A model generated the notes under the pieces. That model worked only from the letters and a program-made list of their open reading frames with translations. It did no database searches and was not told the DNA's origin. A DNA stretch of 64,000 nucleotides from Chiloscyllium plagiosum (taxonomy: Eukaryota): positions 5,449,223 through 5,513,222 of the forward strand of contig NC_057751.1 in the NCBI RefSeq assembly GCF_004010195.1. Reading direction: 5' to 3'. The position numbers and the translations under genes are program-made. Position 1 is the stretch's first letter. Every line of letters starts with the position of its first letter. This document shows, one piece after another, positions 63,876 to 64,000 of this stretch.

Positions 63876-64000
63876 ATACCAGGTAAGGTCGCAGTTTCCA
63901 TCCCCAGAGGACATTAGTGATCCAGGTGGGCTTTTCCAACAATTGACAATGGATTCACGATCAACATTAAACATTTAATTCCAGAATTCTATTGAATTCA

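Overview
Vertebrate genomic DNA. The repeat content (HE1-like V-SINEs, HER1/CR1 LINEs, Penelope-like pLTRs) points to a cartilaginous fish, probably a carpet/bamboo shark (inference). The window is dominated by a minus-strand GFPT1 (GFAT1, glutamine:fructose-6-phosphate aminotransferase) gene. I mapped 16 coding exons (1569-53716; 1671 nt, 557 aa) with consistent splice phases; the last exons lie beyond position 1. The gene has a CpG-island promoter, a GC-AG intron 2 and a candidate 45-nt exon-8A-like cassette. A short minus-strand terminal exon at 62300-62335 with poly(A) signals resembles the 3' end of NFU1, GFPT1's upstream neighbour in mammals. Introns contain CR1, Rex1/Babar, SINE, solo-LTR and MITE relics, plus many short Penelope-like insertions with 9-16 bp target-site duplications that carry minimal hammerhead-ribozyme motifs, some apparently intact. 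Other notable points: both mammalian PKA sites (S205, S235) are substituted while S243 is kept; an XBP1/CREB3-type motif sits in the promoter; there is a ~198-bp near-perfect inverted duplication in the intergenic region; and a G-quadruplex-prone minisatellite borders an assembly gap. Comparisons with human proteins and repeat families are from memory; no searches were run.
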